A stretch of 64,000 nt of DNA, from positions 1 through 64,000 of the forward strand of contig CAYHBD010000030.1 of NCBI GenBank assembly GCA_964354805.1, written 5' to 3'. A program made the translations under genes and the position numbers. The stretch comes from an uncultured archaeon (GTDB lineage: Archaea; Iainarchaeota; Iainarchaeia; Iainarchaeales; GCA-2688035). The notes beneath the pieces are model-generated. The model saw only the letters and a list, made by a program, of their open reading frames with translations. It was not told the origin of the DNA and made no database searches. Each line of letters opens with the position of its first letter. The stretch's first letter is position 1. This document shows positions 37,340-47,166 of the stretch, piece by piece.

Positions 37340-38476
37340 CTAACAGCTTCCGCCGCTAACGGTTCCGCCGCTATATTGCTCTGAAATGCCTGATGAAGCG
37401 AGTTCCTTTGACAGCACAGTTGAGCATGCTGCTGGCTTGGTTGTGAAACCATAGCACAAGAGGTTTTTTACGTTTTCAGCTGACCTCTCGCTTCCGGTCG
37501 CATTGTTGTCAGCACCGAATTCGAATTCGTCGACTTGCATGCCGTTAAGGAACAGGGTTGGCGAACTTCCAACGCCATTCTGGTTTGCTAGATCAAAGTC
37601 TGCCTGAGCATATGCAATGCCCTTTGAAGTGTCTGTCATGCATGTGTTCAGCTTTGCCTTGTCAATGCCTGCAGCAGTGAGCGCTGCCTCGCTGTCGCCT
37701 TTTTTCATGTATTCGGAAACATAAGGCCAATATTTGCCGCCCTGCTCTTCCCTGATGCAAATCTGGCGCAGGTTCTCCTGCGCTTCCACATCGCCGTGCA
37801 TCGAGGTTATTTTTCCGCCCTCAATAGAGCCAATATAACGAACTTTTATGTTTGCCCCAAGACCTGTTGCCACTGGTGCAAGAATGCGCTGCATCTGCAG
37901 ACCATATGGGCAGTTTGAAACAATGAATGCTTCAAGCAGGGCGCTTTCCTGCGGCTCTATATCTTTGTAGGAAAAAGTCGGCGTTGGCTCTGCCTCAGGT
38001 TGTGGCTCAGGCAATGACTTGTCCAAAAAGAAAATATTGGAGAATTCCTGACCGGTAAACATTGTTGTGCCCTCTTTTGTAACATAAACCGTTATGTTGC
38101 CCTTCTGCCCGCTGCTTTCCATCAGAATATCTGCGGAATACAAATCGCTGTTCAATGAAGTAAGCGAAACAACGGTTGCATTGGCATCCTGGCCTTGCAT
38201 TAATCCTGTTAAATAAGTCTGCAGCTTCAGCTGCAATGCATTCACATCAGGACCGACAGCAGGGGAAGGAGCCAAGCCGGCTGTATTGGGCATAGCAACC
38301 CTGTCAATTAACGCACCAACAATCAATCCGACAATCAGGACAACAATCACTGTAAGCAATAAATTCTTGCAGCAGAAAAAAGCAATGCCTTGTTTCTGCT
38401 TTTTAGCCTCATGCTCTGCTTTTGCTTCAGACTGTTCAGCTTTTTCTTCAGCCGCAGCGCCTTCTTTCTTGCTCAT
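37340..38476 (-). CDS. Membrane-anchored DsbA/thioredoxin-fold protein
   Basis: TM helix, CPYG, SMHG..E..EN..Q.C, GSSPTL; ends GGSC. Confidence 0.75.
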   Translation of the reverse strand: MSKKEGAAAEEKAEQSEAKAEHEAKKQKQGIAFFCCKNLLLTVIVVLIVGLIVGALIDRVAMPNTAGLAPSPAVGPDVNALQLKLQTYLTGLMQGQDANATVVSLTSLNSDLYSADILMESSGQKGNITVYVTKEGTTMFTGQEFSNIFFLDKSLPEPQPEAEPTPTFSYKDIEPQESALLEAFIVSNCPYGLQMQRILAPVATGLGANIKVRYIGSIEGGKITSMHGDVEAQENLRQICIREEQGGKYWPYVSEYMKKGDSEAALTAAGIDKAKLNTCMTDTSKGIAYAQADFDLANQNGVGSSPTLFLNGMQVDEFEFGADNNATGSERSAENVKNLLCYGFTTKPAACSTVLSKELASSGISEQYSGGTVSGGSC

Positions 38477-38533
38477 GCTAAAATTCAACCAGCAAAACAA
38501 TTAAAAAGCTTCTTTTATTGTAAGAAAAAATCA

Positions 38534-38995
38534 TTATTTAACGAAAATCACGTCTTTTTCCGAATCAATCCGCCTGAAAGTGCGGAAAATTTCCGCAGCC
38601 TGACTGAAATTCCCTGCCCTCTTGAAAAAACTGACTGCGATTGCAGCCTGCTGCTTTGCAACCCTCGCAATTTCCTCTTTTGCCTTAACCAAATCCGCGT
38701 GGTGCAGTGCAGTAATGCTTATCACTGAATCAAAGCTGCTGCGCTTGAAAGGCAGCTGCTCTGCCCTGCCGACAACTTTAACTCCATTGAAATGCTGCAG
38801 CATTTCCCTGCAAGGGTCAAGCGCAATGCACTGCGCTTGCTGCCGGAATTCCCTTGTTGTTATGCCAGTGCCTGCGCCAATGTCAAGCAGCAATCCATGC
38901 AGCGCAGCGTGCTTTTTAATCAGGGCTGCTTTTGCCAGCTGCTCTTGGGCATGCAGGGCATCATAGCCTTTGCTTATTGCGTTATAGTATCGCAT
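38534..38995 (-). CDS. Class I SAM-dependent methyltransferase
   Basis: LLDIGAGTG, AEQLPF...FD. Confidence 0.88.
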   Translation of the reverse strand: MRYYNAISKGYDALHAQEQLAKAALIKKHAALHGLLLDIGAGTGITTREFRQQAQCIALDPCREMLQHFNGVKVVGRAEQLPFKRSSFDSVISITALHHADLVKAKEEIARVAKQQAAIAVSFFKRAGNFSQAAEIFRTFRRIDSEKDVIFVK

Positions 38996-39067
38996 TCCAA
39001 AATTATTAATTATAAAAAGGAATAAATAAAGGGTGGGTTTTGATTAATAAAAGAGCCATTTTTCATA

Positions 39068-39544
39068 TCAGCCGAACAGCCGCCCGATTGCATCTCCTGC
39101 AAAGTGGGTTAAAACAATAACGCATATTGCAATCAGCAAATGCTCTGCAACCGCGTAGCTGGGTTTTTGCCCCTCGCCTTTTGCAATGAAAAAGCTGAGC
39201 ACAGCCAGCAGCAGCAAGCCCCATGCCACACCTACAATCATTGCTGTTGAAAGCGGCAATAAAAGCACTGGCAAAACAAATGAAAGGGCAACAAAGAATT
39301 TGGCGACAAAAGTTGCTGCCGTTGACTGCCAAATCTCTTTGCTTGAGTGCTTTTTCTCCGATTCCTCGCTTACATGAATGCCAAGCGCGTCGCTGAATGC
39401 ATCAGCAATTGCAATCGTCAGAATGCCGCCGATTACAACCGGCTGGCTGTGTGTCCCTGAGTGCAGCCCGACCATTAAGCCAAGAGTTGTTATTATTCCG
39501 CTTGTCACGCCGAAGCTGAATCCAATACTTAAACTGTGGTTCAT
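39068..39544 (-). CDS. VIT1/CCC1-like membrane protein
   Basis: FGVTSGIITTLG, IADAFSDALGIHVSEE. Confidence 0.85.
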   Translation of the reverse strand: MNHSLSIGFSFGVTSGIITTLGLMVGLHSGTHSQPVVIGGILTIAIADAFSDALGIHVSEESEKKHSSKEIWQSTAATFVAKFFVALSFVLPVLLLPLSTAMIVGVAWGLLLLAVLSFFIAKGEGQKPSYAVAEHLLIAICVIVLTHFAGDAIGRLFG

Positions 39545-39655
39545 AGCAAAAAGGGATAAGAGAAATTAATAAAAAAGCATAATAATACCACTTGGAAAAA
39601 TAAAAAGAGGCAATACCGCCGCCAACGGCGCCTAAAAAAGACAATTACTCTTTTA

Positions 39656-39677
39656 AATATGTTGTTGCCAACATATT
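39656..39677. promoter_or_regulatory. Putative PadR operator overlapping the ABC operon promoter
   Basis: AATATGTTG-TTGC-CAACATATT contains ATGT-N8-ACAT, next to TTTTAAAT. Confidence 0.65.
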
Positions 39678-39700
39678 AGCAACTTTTTGGGTGATTCCGA

Positions 39701-40414
39701 TTGCCAGCTGAGGCCGTGATTAGGGCTGAGAATGTTTCAAAAGCTTACCAGATGGGCACTATTCAGGTAAAGGCACTGGACAATGTCAGCCTGGGCATTA
39801 AAAAAGGCGAATTCATTGCAATAATGGGGCCAAGCGGCAGCGGGAAGACAACTTTGCTTGATGTTTTGAGCGCTTTGCTGAGGCCAAGCAGCGGTGAAGT
39901 GTTCATCAATGGCAGGCCGATAAGCGAGATGGACGACAACCAGCTCGCTGTTGTAAGGGGCAGAACAATCGGATTTGTTTTCCAGACATTCAATCTGATA
40001 GCGAGAATGACTGCTTTGGAAAATGTCATGCTGCCTTTGTGGTTCCTGGGAAAAAGCCCGGAGGAAAGAAAAGCTGCTGCAGAGAAAATTTTGACAGATG
40101 TTGGCATGGCTGAAAGGATGCAGCACAGGCCGAACGAGCTGAGCGGAGGCCAGAGGCAGAAGGTTGCGATCGCAAGGGCGCTTGCAGTAAACCCTGATGT
40201 GATTGTTGCCGATGAGCCTACCGGAAACCTTGACAGCGCAAGCGGCGAGCAAATCCTGAACATAATAAAGGAATTGCACGAGAAAAAAGGGAAAACAGTT
40301 CTGATGGTAACGCATGAAAGATACGTTGCGGAGAAGGCTGAAAAAATCCTGCATTTGCGGGATGGCATGATTGTTAAAAAGGAAGAAATAACCAAAAAAA
40401 GGAGAGGTGGTTGA
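39701..40414 (+). CDS. ABC ATPase, LolD/MacB type
   Basis: GPSGSGKT, LSGGQ, ADEPTGNLD. Confidence 0.95.
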   Translation: MPAEAVIRAENVSKAYQMGTIQVKALDNVSLGIKKGEFIAIMGPSGSGKTTLLDVLSALLRPSSGEVFINGRPISEMDDNQLAVVRGRTIGFVFQTFNLIARMTALENVMLPLWFLGKSPEERKAAAEKILTDVGMAERMQHRPNELSGGQRQKVAIARALAVNPDVIVADEPTGNLDSASGEQILNIIKELHEKKGKTVLMVTHERYVAEKAEKILHLRDGMIVKKEEITKKRRGG

Positions 40415-40418
40415 AAAA

Positions 40419-41660
40419 ATGAATTGGAAAAACGTTTTGTTTTTGGCGCTGCTGATTTTTTTCGCAGGCAACGCGGCAGCAGGGGACCTGATTGCGAGCT
40501 CATTCAGCTATGAGCCAGCGCCTGCAGCGCCAGGCGGCACCTTGAGCGTGTGGGTATACATAAAGAATGATTCATCCTACTTGTCAGAGGACGCCAAACT
40601 TAAAGTGGAATTAAGCTATCCACTGTCGCTGCAGCCAGGGCAAGAGGCTGAAATAGGGTTGGGCGACATAGATCTTTTCAAAACAAAAGCAGTTGAATTC
40701 AAGATTCTGGTGGATCCGAAAGCAATAGATGGAAGATACAGCATAAAGTTTCTTTTTGGCGAGGGTGGTTTCTTCAAGAGCAAAACCGAGCTTGTAAGCG
40801 TACTAAGCAGGACGCCGAAGCTGGAGATAATCGAAAGCGATGTTACACAGCTTGAGCCTGGCCAGGTTGCAACAGTCAACCTTTCAATTAAAAACATCGG
40901 CGGCAGCATCGCAAAAAACATTGTTGTGAAAACAACTGAGGACAGGACAGTCACTTCAACAGGCGTTGTGGTTGAAAGGGAAATTGTTTCACTTGGGGCA
41001 ACAACGAAATATGTTGAATTCCTTGACCCTGACCAGCAGACTACAGTGCAGATGCAGCTTGCAGTGAACGAAGGTGCTGAACTGAAAAATTACTCGGTTC
41101 CAATAACAATGGAATACTATGACATAAATGGAACCGCAAAAACAGACACGGGCTACCTTGGCTTGAAAGTAACAGCAGCACCAGAGGTTGATGCTGTAAT
41201 CAGCAGCGTAACGCCATACGCTTTCCCTGGCACAACAGCGGAACTTACAATTGACTTGTTCAACATAGGTTCGGCTGACGCAAAATATGTAACAGTTGAA
41301 TTGAGCGGGGAAGGTGTTGAAATAGCCGAGCCAAAGCAATTCATTGGAACGCTGGAAGCTGACGACTTTGATTCATTCAAAACAAGCGCTAAATTCAGCC
41401 AGGCAGTGCAGCCGGGGCAGCAATTGCCGATCACGCTGAAAATAATTTACAAGGACCCTGAACAGCAAACGCAGGTCAAGCCAAAACAGCTTTCACTGAA
41501 AGTGCTCACTGCAGCGGAGATGCAGGCAACAGCAGGCATTGGGCCAGCCGCAATAATTATAGGGCTGTTCTCCCTGGCAGTCCAGCTGATTGGATTGTAC
41601 GTTGTAGCACGGTTCGGCTACAGGAAATTCAAGCAGTTCAGGGGAAAGAAGGGGAAATAA
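40419..41660 (+). CDS. COG1361-like S-layer domain protein
   Basis: Signal peptide, repeated PG...N.G Ig modules, C-terminal TM helix. Confidence 0.82.
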   Translation: MNWKNVLFLALLIFFAGNAAAGDLIASSFSYEPAPAAPGGTLSVWVYIKNDSSYLSEDAKLKVELSYPLSLQPGQEAEIGLGDIDLFKTKAVEFKILVDPKAIDGRYSIKFLFGEGGFFKSKTELVSVLSRTPKLEIIESDVTQLEPGQVATVNLSIKNIGGSIAKNIVVKTTEDRTVTSTGVVVEREIVSLGATTKYVEFLDPDQQTTVQMQLAVNEGAELKNYSVPITMEYYDINGTAKTDTGYLGLKVTAAPEVDAVISSVTPYAFPGTTAELTIDLFNIGSADAKYVTVELSGEGVEIAEPKQFIGTLEADDFDSFKTSAKFSQAVQPGQQLPITLKIIYKDPEQQTQVKPKQLSLKVLTAAEMQATAGIGPAAIIIGLFSLAVQLIGLYVVARFGYRKFKQFRGKKGK

Positions 41661-41766
41661 AAACCTGCAATTAATTTCCTTTTGAATTTTTTTCAATTCA
41701 AGGGAAAAAAATGAAATAGAAACAGCAAATTATCCCCATATGCTTTCCTTTCTTAAAGGTGGTTGG

Positions 41767-42972
41767 TTGATTGATTCAGAACTGCTGGATGTGGCATTCA
41801 AAAACCTCAAAGCGCGAAAGCTGCGCAGCTATCTCACCCTGCTTGGCATAGTTATCGGGATTGCAGCAATTGTAGCGCTTGTTTCATTGGGCGAAGGACT
41901 GAACCAGGCAGTAACCCAGCAGTTCGAGCAGCTCGGCCTGAACACCCTTGTTGTAGAGCCAGGCAGCGGCAGCTTTGTTTCAACGGCCGTTGCAAGAACC
42001 TTAAAGGAAGATGACGAAAGGCTGATTGAGGGCATTGCAGGCGTTGAGGCAGTAGTCGGATTTTATGAAACAGCAGCTGTTGCCGAATTCAAGAACGGGA
42101 AAAGCAGCGTATTCATAATCGGCTTTGACCCCAAAAAAATGCCTTACCTCGAAAAAATGGGTTACAGCGAGTTAACTAAAGGGAGAAAATTGCAGCCAAG
42201 CGACAAATATGCTGTCATGCTGACAGAGGGCTTTGCGGCAAACGGCTTTGTCGACGAAACATTGAGGGTAAAAGACAGCCTTGAAATAAACGGCCAGAAA
42301 TTCAAAATCGTCGGCATAACAAAAGACATGGGCGGCTTCATGGGCGGAGGCATAATGTCAAATTTCCTCTTCATGCCAAAGAAAACAGTGCAGGACTTTT
42401 TTTCCGGAAGCAATCCGACAGAATTGATTGTAGAGTTAACAGACAAGTCAATGGCTGACGAGGTTGCGGAAAAAATAAAGACAAAGCTGCTGCGGGCGCA
42501 TGGGGAAGAAGATTTTTATGTCATGACAATGGAGAACATAATGGAAAGCGCGGGCGTTGTGCTGGGATTAATTCAGCTTGTGCTTGTCGGCCTTGCGGCA
42601 ATCTCACTGCTTGTTGGAGGCATTGGAATAATGAACACAATGCTGATGTCAGTAATGGAAAGGACAACAGAGATTGGCACAATGAAGGCAATCGGCGCAA
42701 CAAACAGCAGGGTTTTGTCAATATTTCTGGCTGAGGCAGCACTGCTCGGATTCACAGGCGGCCTGGTTGGCTCTGTCTTCGGCATTATGATTGCAGCAGG
42801 CGTTTCGGTTGTTGCAACAGCAACCGGCTTTCCCCTGCCTGTTGTCGTTAATCCGCTTGCATTTGTTGTGGCAATTGCCTTTGCAATGGCTGTCGGAATG
42901 ATTTCAGGGTACTATCCCGCAAGGCGAGCGGCATTGCTCGAACCTGTTGCAGCACTGAGGTACGCCGAATAA
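41767..42972 (+). CDS. ABC permease, MacB/FtsX type
   Basis: RSYLTLLGIVIG, GGIGIMNTM..SVMERT.EIG, YPARRA. Confidence 0.94.
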   Translation: MIDSELLDVAFKNLKARKLRSYLTLLGIVIGIAAIVALVSLGEGLNQAVTQQFEQLGLNTLVVEPGSGSFVSTAVARTLKEDDERLIEGIAGVEAVVGFYETAAVAEFKNGKSSVFIIGFDPKKMPYLEKMGYSELTKGRKLQPSDKYAVMLTEGFAANGFVDETLRVKDSLEINGQKFKIVGITKDMGGFMGGGIMSNFLFMPKKTVQDFFSGSNPTELIVELTDKSMADEVAEKIKTKLLRAHGEEDFYVMTMENIMESAGVVLGLIQLVLVGLAAISLLVGGIGIMNTMLMSVMERTTEIGTMKAIGATNSRVLSIFLAEAALLGFTGGLVGSVFGIMIAAGVSVVATATGFPLPVVVNPLAFVVAIAFAMAVGMISGYYPARRAALLEPVAALRYAE

Positions 42973-43161
42973 AAAAAACGAAGGTGAAAAATTGGCTTTG
43001 ATTAAATTTGAATTTTTTGTGGCATATAAAGTTTATGTATTGCCACTTTTTTTGATGAAACTTTTTCCAAAAATTTCTTGCATTGCATTAAAATAAAAAA
43101 AAGGTTGAAAAAAATGGATTAAAATTGCATCAAATTAAAAAAAACAAAAGGGGTTGAAAAA

Positions 43162-44361
43162 TTGGCTTTGGTTGATTTTGAATTGTTTCAGGTTGCGTTC
43201 AAAAACCTGAGGAGCAGGCGGTTGCGCAGCTTTCTCACTATTCTTGGGGTAGTTATCGGGATTGCGGCAATTGTTGCGCTTATTTCCATAGGCGAGAGCC
43301 TGAACCAATCTGTAACCAAGCAGTTCGAGCAGCTCGGCACAAGGACTTTGACTGTTACGCCAGGCGGCGGCCTTGCCGAAAGCACTTTGGCGAAACTGCA
43401 GACCGAAGACGTTGACACAATTGAAAAAGTGAAAGGGGTTGATTTTGCAACAGAGCTGTACATTGTATCAAGGCAGGTGGTTTTCAAGGGGGAAAAAAAG
43501 AGTGCTGTGATAATCGGCATTGACCCGGAAAAAATAGACGAACTCGGCATGATTGGAATGGTTGAAATCGGTTCAGGAAGGCAGCTTTCAAAAAATGACA
43601 CCACTGCCATAATCGTCGGAGAAAACTTCGGCGAAAAAATCCTCAAACAGGACCTGCGCCTGAAAGAGAGCCTTGAAATGGACAGCACAAAGCTGAAGGT
43701 TGTCGGAATACTGAAAGGCGCAAAGCAGAGCCTTGCAGCAATGTTCAACACCGCCATTGCAATGAACAGCGAGGAATTAAAAAAATTGAGCACTGAAGAA
43801 ATAACCCCATTCAGGATAATCGTGAATGTTTTGCCGGGCGAGGATGTGGAAGAAGTAAAGCAGCGCATAGCAGACAGGCTGGAGAAAAAGCACGGGAAAA
43901 AGGATTTCCAGGTTATGGCAATGCAGCAGATTGCCGACATTGCAGGGAGCGTTATTGGATTGATTAGCCTTGTGTTGATTGGAATTGCGGCAATCTCGCT
44001 GCTTGTAGGAGGCATTGGAATAATGAACACAATGCTGATGTCAGTAATGGAAAGGACAAGGGAAGTTGGAGTGATGAAAGCGATTGGCGCAACAACAAAC
44101 AGGATCATTGCAATCTTTGTTGTAGAAGCAGGAATGATTGGCCTGGCCGGCGGAATAATCGGATTGCTGGTCGGCGCTGGAATTGCAGCCGTTGTTTCAT
44201 TAGTAGCTGACGCTGCAGGCCTGCCCCTTGCAACAGCAGTAACACCCACACTGGTTATCGGGGCGCTTGCATTCAGCATGGCAATCGGGATGATTGCAGG
44301 CGTTTACCCGGCAAAAAGGGCGGCAAGCATAGACCCAGTGGAGGCGCTGAGATATGAATAA
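43162..44361 (+). CDS. ABC permease, MacB/FtsX type (paralog)
   Basis: Same motifs as the preceding gene. Confidence 0.94.
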   Translation: MALVDFELFQVAFKNLRSRRLRSFLTILGVVIGIAAIVALISIGESLNQSVTKQFEQLGTRTLTVTPGGGLAESTLAKLQTEDVDTIEKVKGVDFATELYIVSRQVVFKGEKKSAVIIGIDPEKIDELGMIGMVEIGSGRQLSKNDTTAIIVGENFGEKILKQDLRLKESLEMDSTKLKVVGILKGAKQSLAAMFNTAIAMNSEELKKLSTEEITPFRIIVNVLPGEDVEEVKQRIADRLEKKHGKKDFQVMAMQQIADIAGSVIGLISLVLIGIAAISLLVGGIGIMNTMLMSVMERTREVGVMKAIGATTNRIIAIFVVEAGMIGLAGGIIGLLVGAGIAAVVSLVADAAGLPLATAVTPTLVIGALAFSMAIGMIAGVYPAKRAASIDPVEALRYE

Positions 44362-44914
44362 AATAAATGAAGCCATGCCTGGAATTTTCAAGGGCCACCT
44401 TTGCTACATGATTTTGAGGGCCCTGCAAAAAAAGCCTTTGCATGGATATGCCATAATAAAAAGAATTGAGTTAATCACCGGCGATATCTGGAAGCCTACA
44501 ACTGGAAGCGTGTACCCCGCACTGGAGCAGATGCTAGGCAATGGCCTAATTTCAATAAAGGAAACAACAAAAAAAGGCAGGGAAAGGAAAGTATACGAGC
44601 TGACTGCAAAGGGGATGCAAGAGCTGAAGGAGAGGAAAAAAAGCGTTGAGAAAATAGTAAAAACAACAGATGAAATGTTCCAGCACCTTTTCCCGAAAGA
44701 GGTAAACAAAACAGAATTGCTGCAATTAATTGAAGAAGGCAGATTCCTGCAAAAGGAAATGATTGAAACAAGGCTGAATATGCTGAAGCTGCTTTCGCTC
44801 GGCAAAAAAGAAAGAATAAGCAGCAATGAAAAAGCCCAAATTAAAATAAAACTGGCTGAATTAAACGCCATGCTCAAGAAAATAATTGAAAGCAAAAATC
44901 AACCGCTTGGTTGA
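44354..44914 (+). CDS. PadR family transcriptional regulator
   Basis: HGYAI, GSVYPAL, RKVYELT.KG. Confidence 0.92.
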   Translation: MNKINEAMPGIFKGHLCYMILRALQKKPLHGYAIIKRIELITGDIWKPTTGSVYPALEQMLGNGLISIKETTKKGRERKVYELTAKGMQELKERKKSVEKIVKTTDEMFQHLFPKEVNKTELLQLIEEGRFLQKEMIETRLNMLKLLSLGKKERISSNEKAQIKIKLAELNAMLKKIIESKNQPLG

Positions 44915-45013
44915 GAAAAATCAACCGCAGTCATATTAAGTCCCCAGGCAGCAATCTCTTTTGGCTTGCCCACCAATTGTTTGGAAAGCCTGCCAAAAAA
45001 GGGGTTGTGAATT

Positions 45014-45292
45014 TTGCAGGGGATTACTGTTTTGGAGCTTGCCTTCATAAAGATTTTGAGAGCCAGGCTTCCGGACGCAAGCCCCATGCACCTGAAGGCA
45101 ATGCTTGCATTGCTCAGGGAAAAACAAAGCTATTTAACCCTGGATGAAATAGAAACATCAACGGCAATCCACAACGGCGAACTGAAAAAAATAATGCGTG
45201 ATTTTACCGCAACGCAACTGGTTGAAAAAGAAGGCTGCCTTTTCAGGAAACCGGAAAACAAAAAAGTAATGCAAATTATCTTAGGGAACTAA
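45014..45292 (+). CDS. Winged-helix-like protein, possibly a frameshifted continuation of the ORF starting at 44911
   Basis: LTLDEIET...ELKKIMRDF...LVEKEG wHTH pattern. Confidence 0.4.
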   Translation: MQGITVLELAFIKILRARLPDASPMHLKAMLALLREKQSYLTLDEIETSTAIHNGELKKIMRDFTATQLVEKEGCLFRKPENKKVMQIILGN

Positions 45293-45381
45293 GCAACCTC
45301 AATTTACCCCCTTTTTCCAACTTGCCCCTTGCCCTATCGCCTCAAGCAAAAGGAATAAAAATCTTGCAAAGCCAGTTATGT

Positions 45382-46140
45382 ATGGTTGGAATGATTGGAA
45401 TAATCGGCGGTAGTGGCCTTGAGGGCCCGAAGATTTTGAAGGACGCGAAAGAGGTTGAGGTTACCACGCCTTACGGAAAGCCTAGTTCAAAGCTTATTCT
45501 TGGAAAAATCAGCGGCATTGATGTTGCAATAATTTCAAGGCACGGAGAAAAGCATACTATCCCACCAACTCAAGTCAATTTTAGGGCAAATATTCAGGCG
45601 CTAAAAGACCAAGGAGTTACACACATACTCGCGACAACCGCTTGCGGAAGCCTTAGAAAAGAGATTGAAAGAGGTGACATTATTATTCTTGACCAATTTA
45701 TTGACTTTACAAGGCACAGAAAAGTAACCTATTATGAAGAGTTTCCACCTGGGGGGGAAAACGCAAAACATACGTCAATGCCCGATCCATTCTCGGAAGC
45801 ATTAAGACAACTACTAATTGAAACTTGCAAAGAACTGAAGTTTAAGTTTCATCCAAGAGGAACAGTGATTACTATCGAAGGGCCAAGGTTTTCTACTAGG
45901 GCCGAATCAAAAATGTTTAGGATTTGGGGTGCAGACGTGATAAACATGTCAATTGCCCCAGAATGCATTTTGGCAAACGAGGCAGGCCTTCAGTATGCGG
46001 CTGTTGCGATGTCTACAGACTATGATAGTTGGGCTGAGGAGGAGGCCCCTGTAGAATGGGAAGAACTCCTCAGAACATTCCACAAAAACGCAGATAATGT
46101 TAAGGCTCTTCTTATCAAAACAATACCAAAAATAAAATAA
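45382..46140 (+). CDS. mtnP: S-methyl-5'-thioadenosine phosphorylase
   Basis: IGIIGGSG, RHG..H.IPP, EGPRFSTRAES, INMS, TDYD. Confidence 0.94.
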   Translation: MVGMIGIIGGSGLEGPKILKDAKEVEVTTPYGKPSSKLILGKISGIDVAIISRHGEKHTIPPTQVNFRANIQALKDQGVTHILATTACGSLRKEIERGDIIILDQFIDFTRHRKVTYYEEFPPGGENAKHTSMPDPFSEALRQLLIETCKELKFKFHPRGTVITIEGPRFSTRAESKMFRIWGADVINMSIAPECILANEAGLQYAAVAMSTDYDSWAEEEAPVEWEELLRTFHKNADNVKALLIKTIPKIK

Positions 46141-46142
46141 AC

Positions 46143-47069
46143 TTAGATGGCATTGTGGCTTACGATGGGAAGGAAACTGTATTGCTCCCGCAGGTCTTCG
46201 TAATCTTCTGGCACCAGCCCAAACTCGATATTTCTCTTTATCTGCATGGGCATTTTTCTTCCGTAAATCCAAGAACGATAAGTTTCCCAGACAATATTCA
46301 AATCTCTAGCAGCCGCTCTCAGGCTTTTTCGGCAATTTAAATTATATCTTAAAGCGCCCAAATACTGCTGTTTATCGTATGACTTGCATTTCTTGAGATA
46401 TTCCACTGCCTCTGCCAACTTTTTACTTTTGTAGCCAATTGAAAAACCAACAAGCTCTTGATATTTTTCAAGATTTTCCAGAAGAGAGATTATCAGCTTG
46501 TCTGAACCGAATTTTTTTCTCAGCACTTTACTTTGGATGCCAATGTCCCAAAGCAGCCGTTTAATTTTCTCCAATAAGGCAGTGTCTGCTTGGGTTATTA
46601 CAATTTGTCTTCGATTATAGATAACATCCACACTTCCTTCTGAATCAGAAAATCCACGAATAAATCGCGCTTTTATGTTTTTATCTCCCTTAAGAACAAA
46701 CTCTGGAATTTGCGCGTTGTTTTTTGTAAGCTTAGCCAATCGTTTTGCCAGGAGAGTGCTATAAGCATAGCAATTGTAATAGTATTTATCATCTACCGGC
46801 GCATCTATACCATAAGTCTTCTTAATCAAAGCTGCAAAATGAAGGCAAAAGTCTAATTCCTTAACACGCAATCTAATATAGCCCCTGTCATTCCTTAGGT
46901 GACCATCACCCAACATTATGCCAACTATCTCCGCTTCATCCAAAAGCTCTTCATAAGTCTGCGGAACCTCTATTTCTTTTAGATTTTTGGATTTCAAACA
47001 GAACCCCTTACAACAGTATTCACTTTTTATTATTAAAGCCCTTTGAAAGAGCGGGGTTCCGGTGGTCAT
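46143..47069 (-). CDS. Free-standing two-motif LAGLIDADG protein with C-terminal HTH
   Basis: IVGIMLGDG and FIRGFSDSEG; SLRAAARDLNIVWETYRSW; alternative TTG start at 46997. Confidence 0.85.
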   Translation of the reverse strand: MTTGTPLFQRALIIKSEYCCKGFCLKSKNLKEIEVPQTYEELLDEAEIVGIMLGDGHLRNDRGYIRLRVKELDFCLHFAALIKKTYGIDAPVDDKYYYNCYAYSTLLAKRLAKLTKNNAQIPEFVLKGDKNIKARFIRGFSDSEGSVDVIYNRRQIVITQADTALLEKIKRLLWDIGIQSKVLRKKFGSDKLIISLLENLEKYQELVGFSIGYKSKKLAEAVEYLKKCKSYDKQQYLGALRYNLNCRKSLRAAARDLNIVWETYRSWIYGRKMPMQIKRNIEFGLVPEDYEDLREQYSFLPIVSHNAI

Positions 47070-47164
47070 AGGAAACCATCTCCTTTCATGTTCTTTAGAA
47101 GTTCATCAAATGAGAATCCATCTCCAAAAGGACTTCTTTTTTCTTCTGTAATCGAAAAACTCAT
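47066..47164 (-). CDS. 32-aa peptide ORF
   Basis: MSFSITEEKRSPFGDGFSFDELLKNMKGDGFL; SD GGAGGTG; stop overlaps the ATG at 47069. Confidence 0.55.
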   Translation of the reverse strand: MSFSITEEKRSPFGDGFSFDELLKNMKGDGFL

Positions 47165-47166
47165 AG

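Noticed and set aside
46143-46170. IVSHN at the LAGLIDADG C-terminus as an intein end
   Set aside because: It is followed by Ala-Ile-stop rather than Cys/Ser/Thr, and no N-terminal splicing block or host extein is visible; at most a remnant
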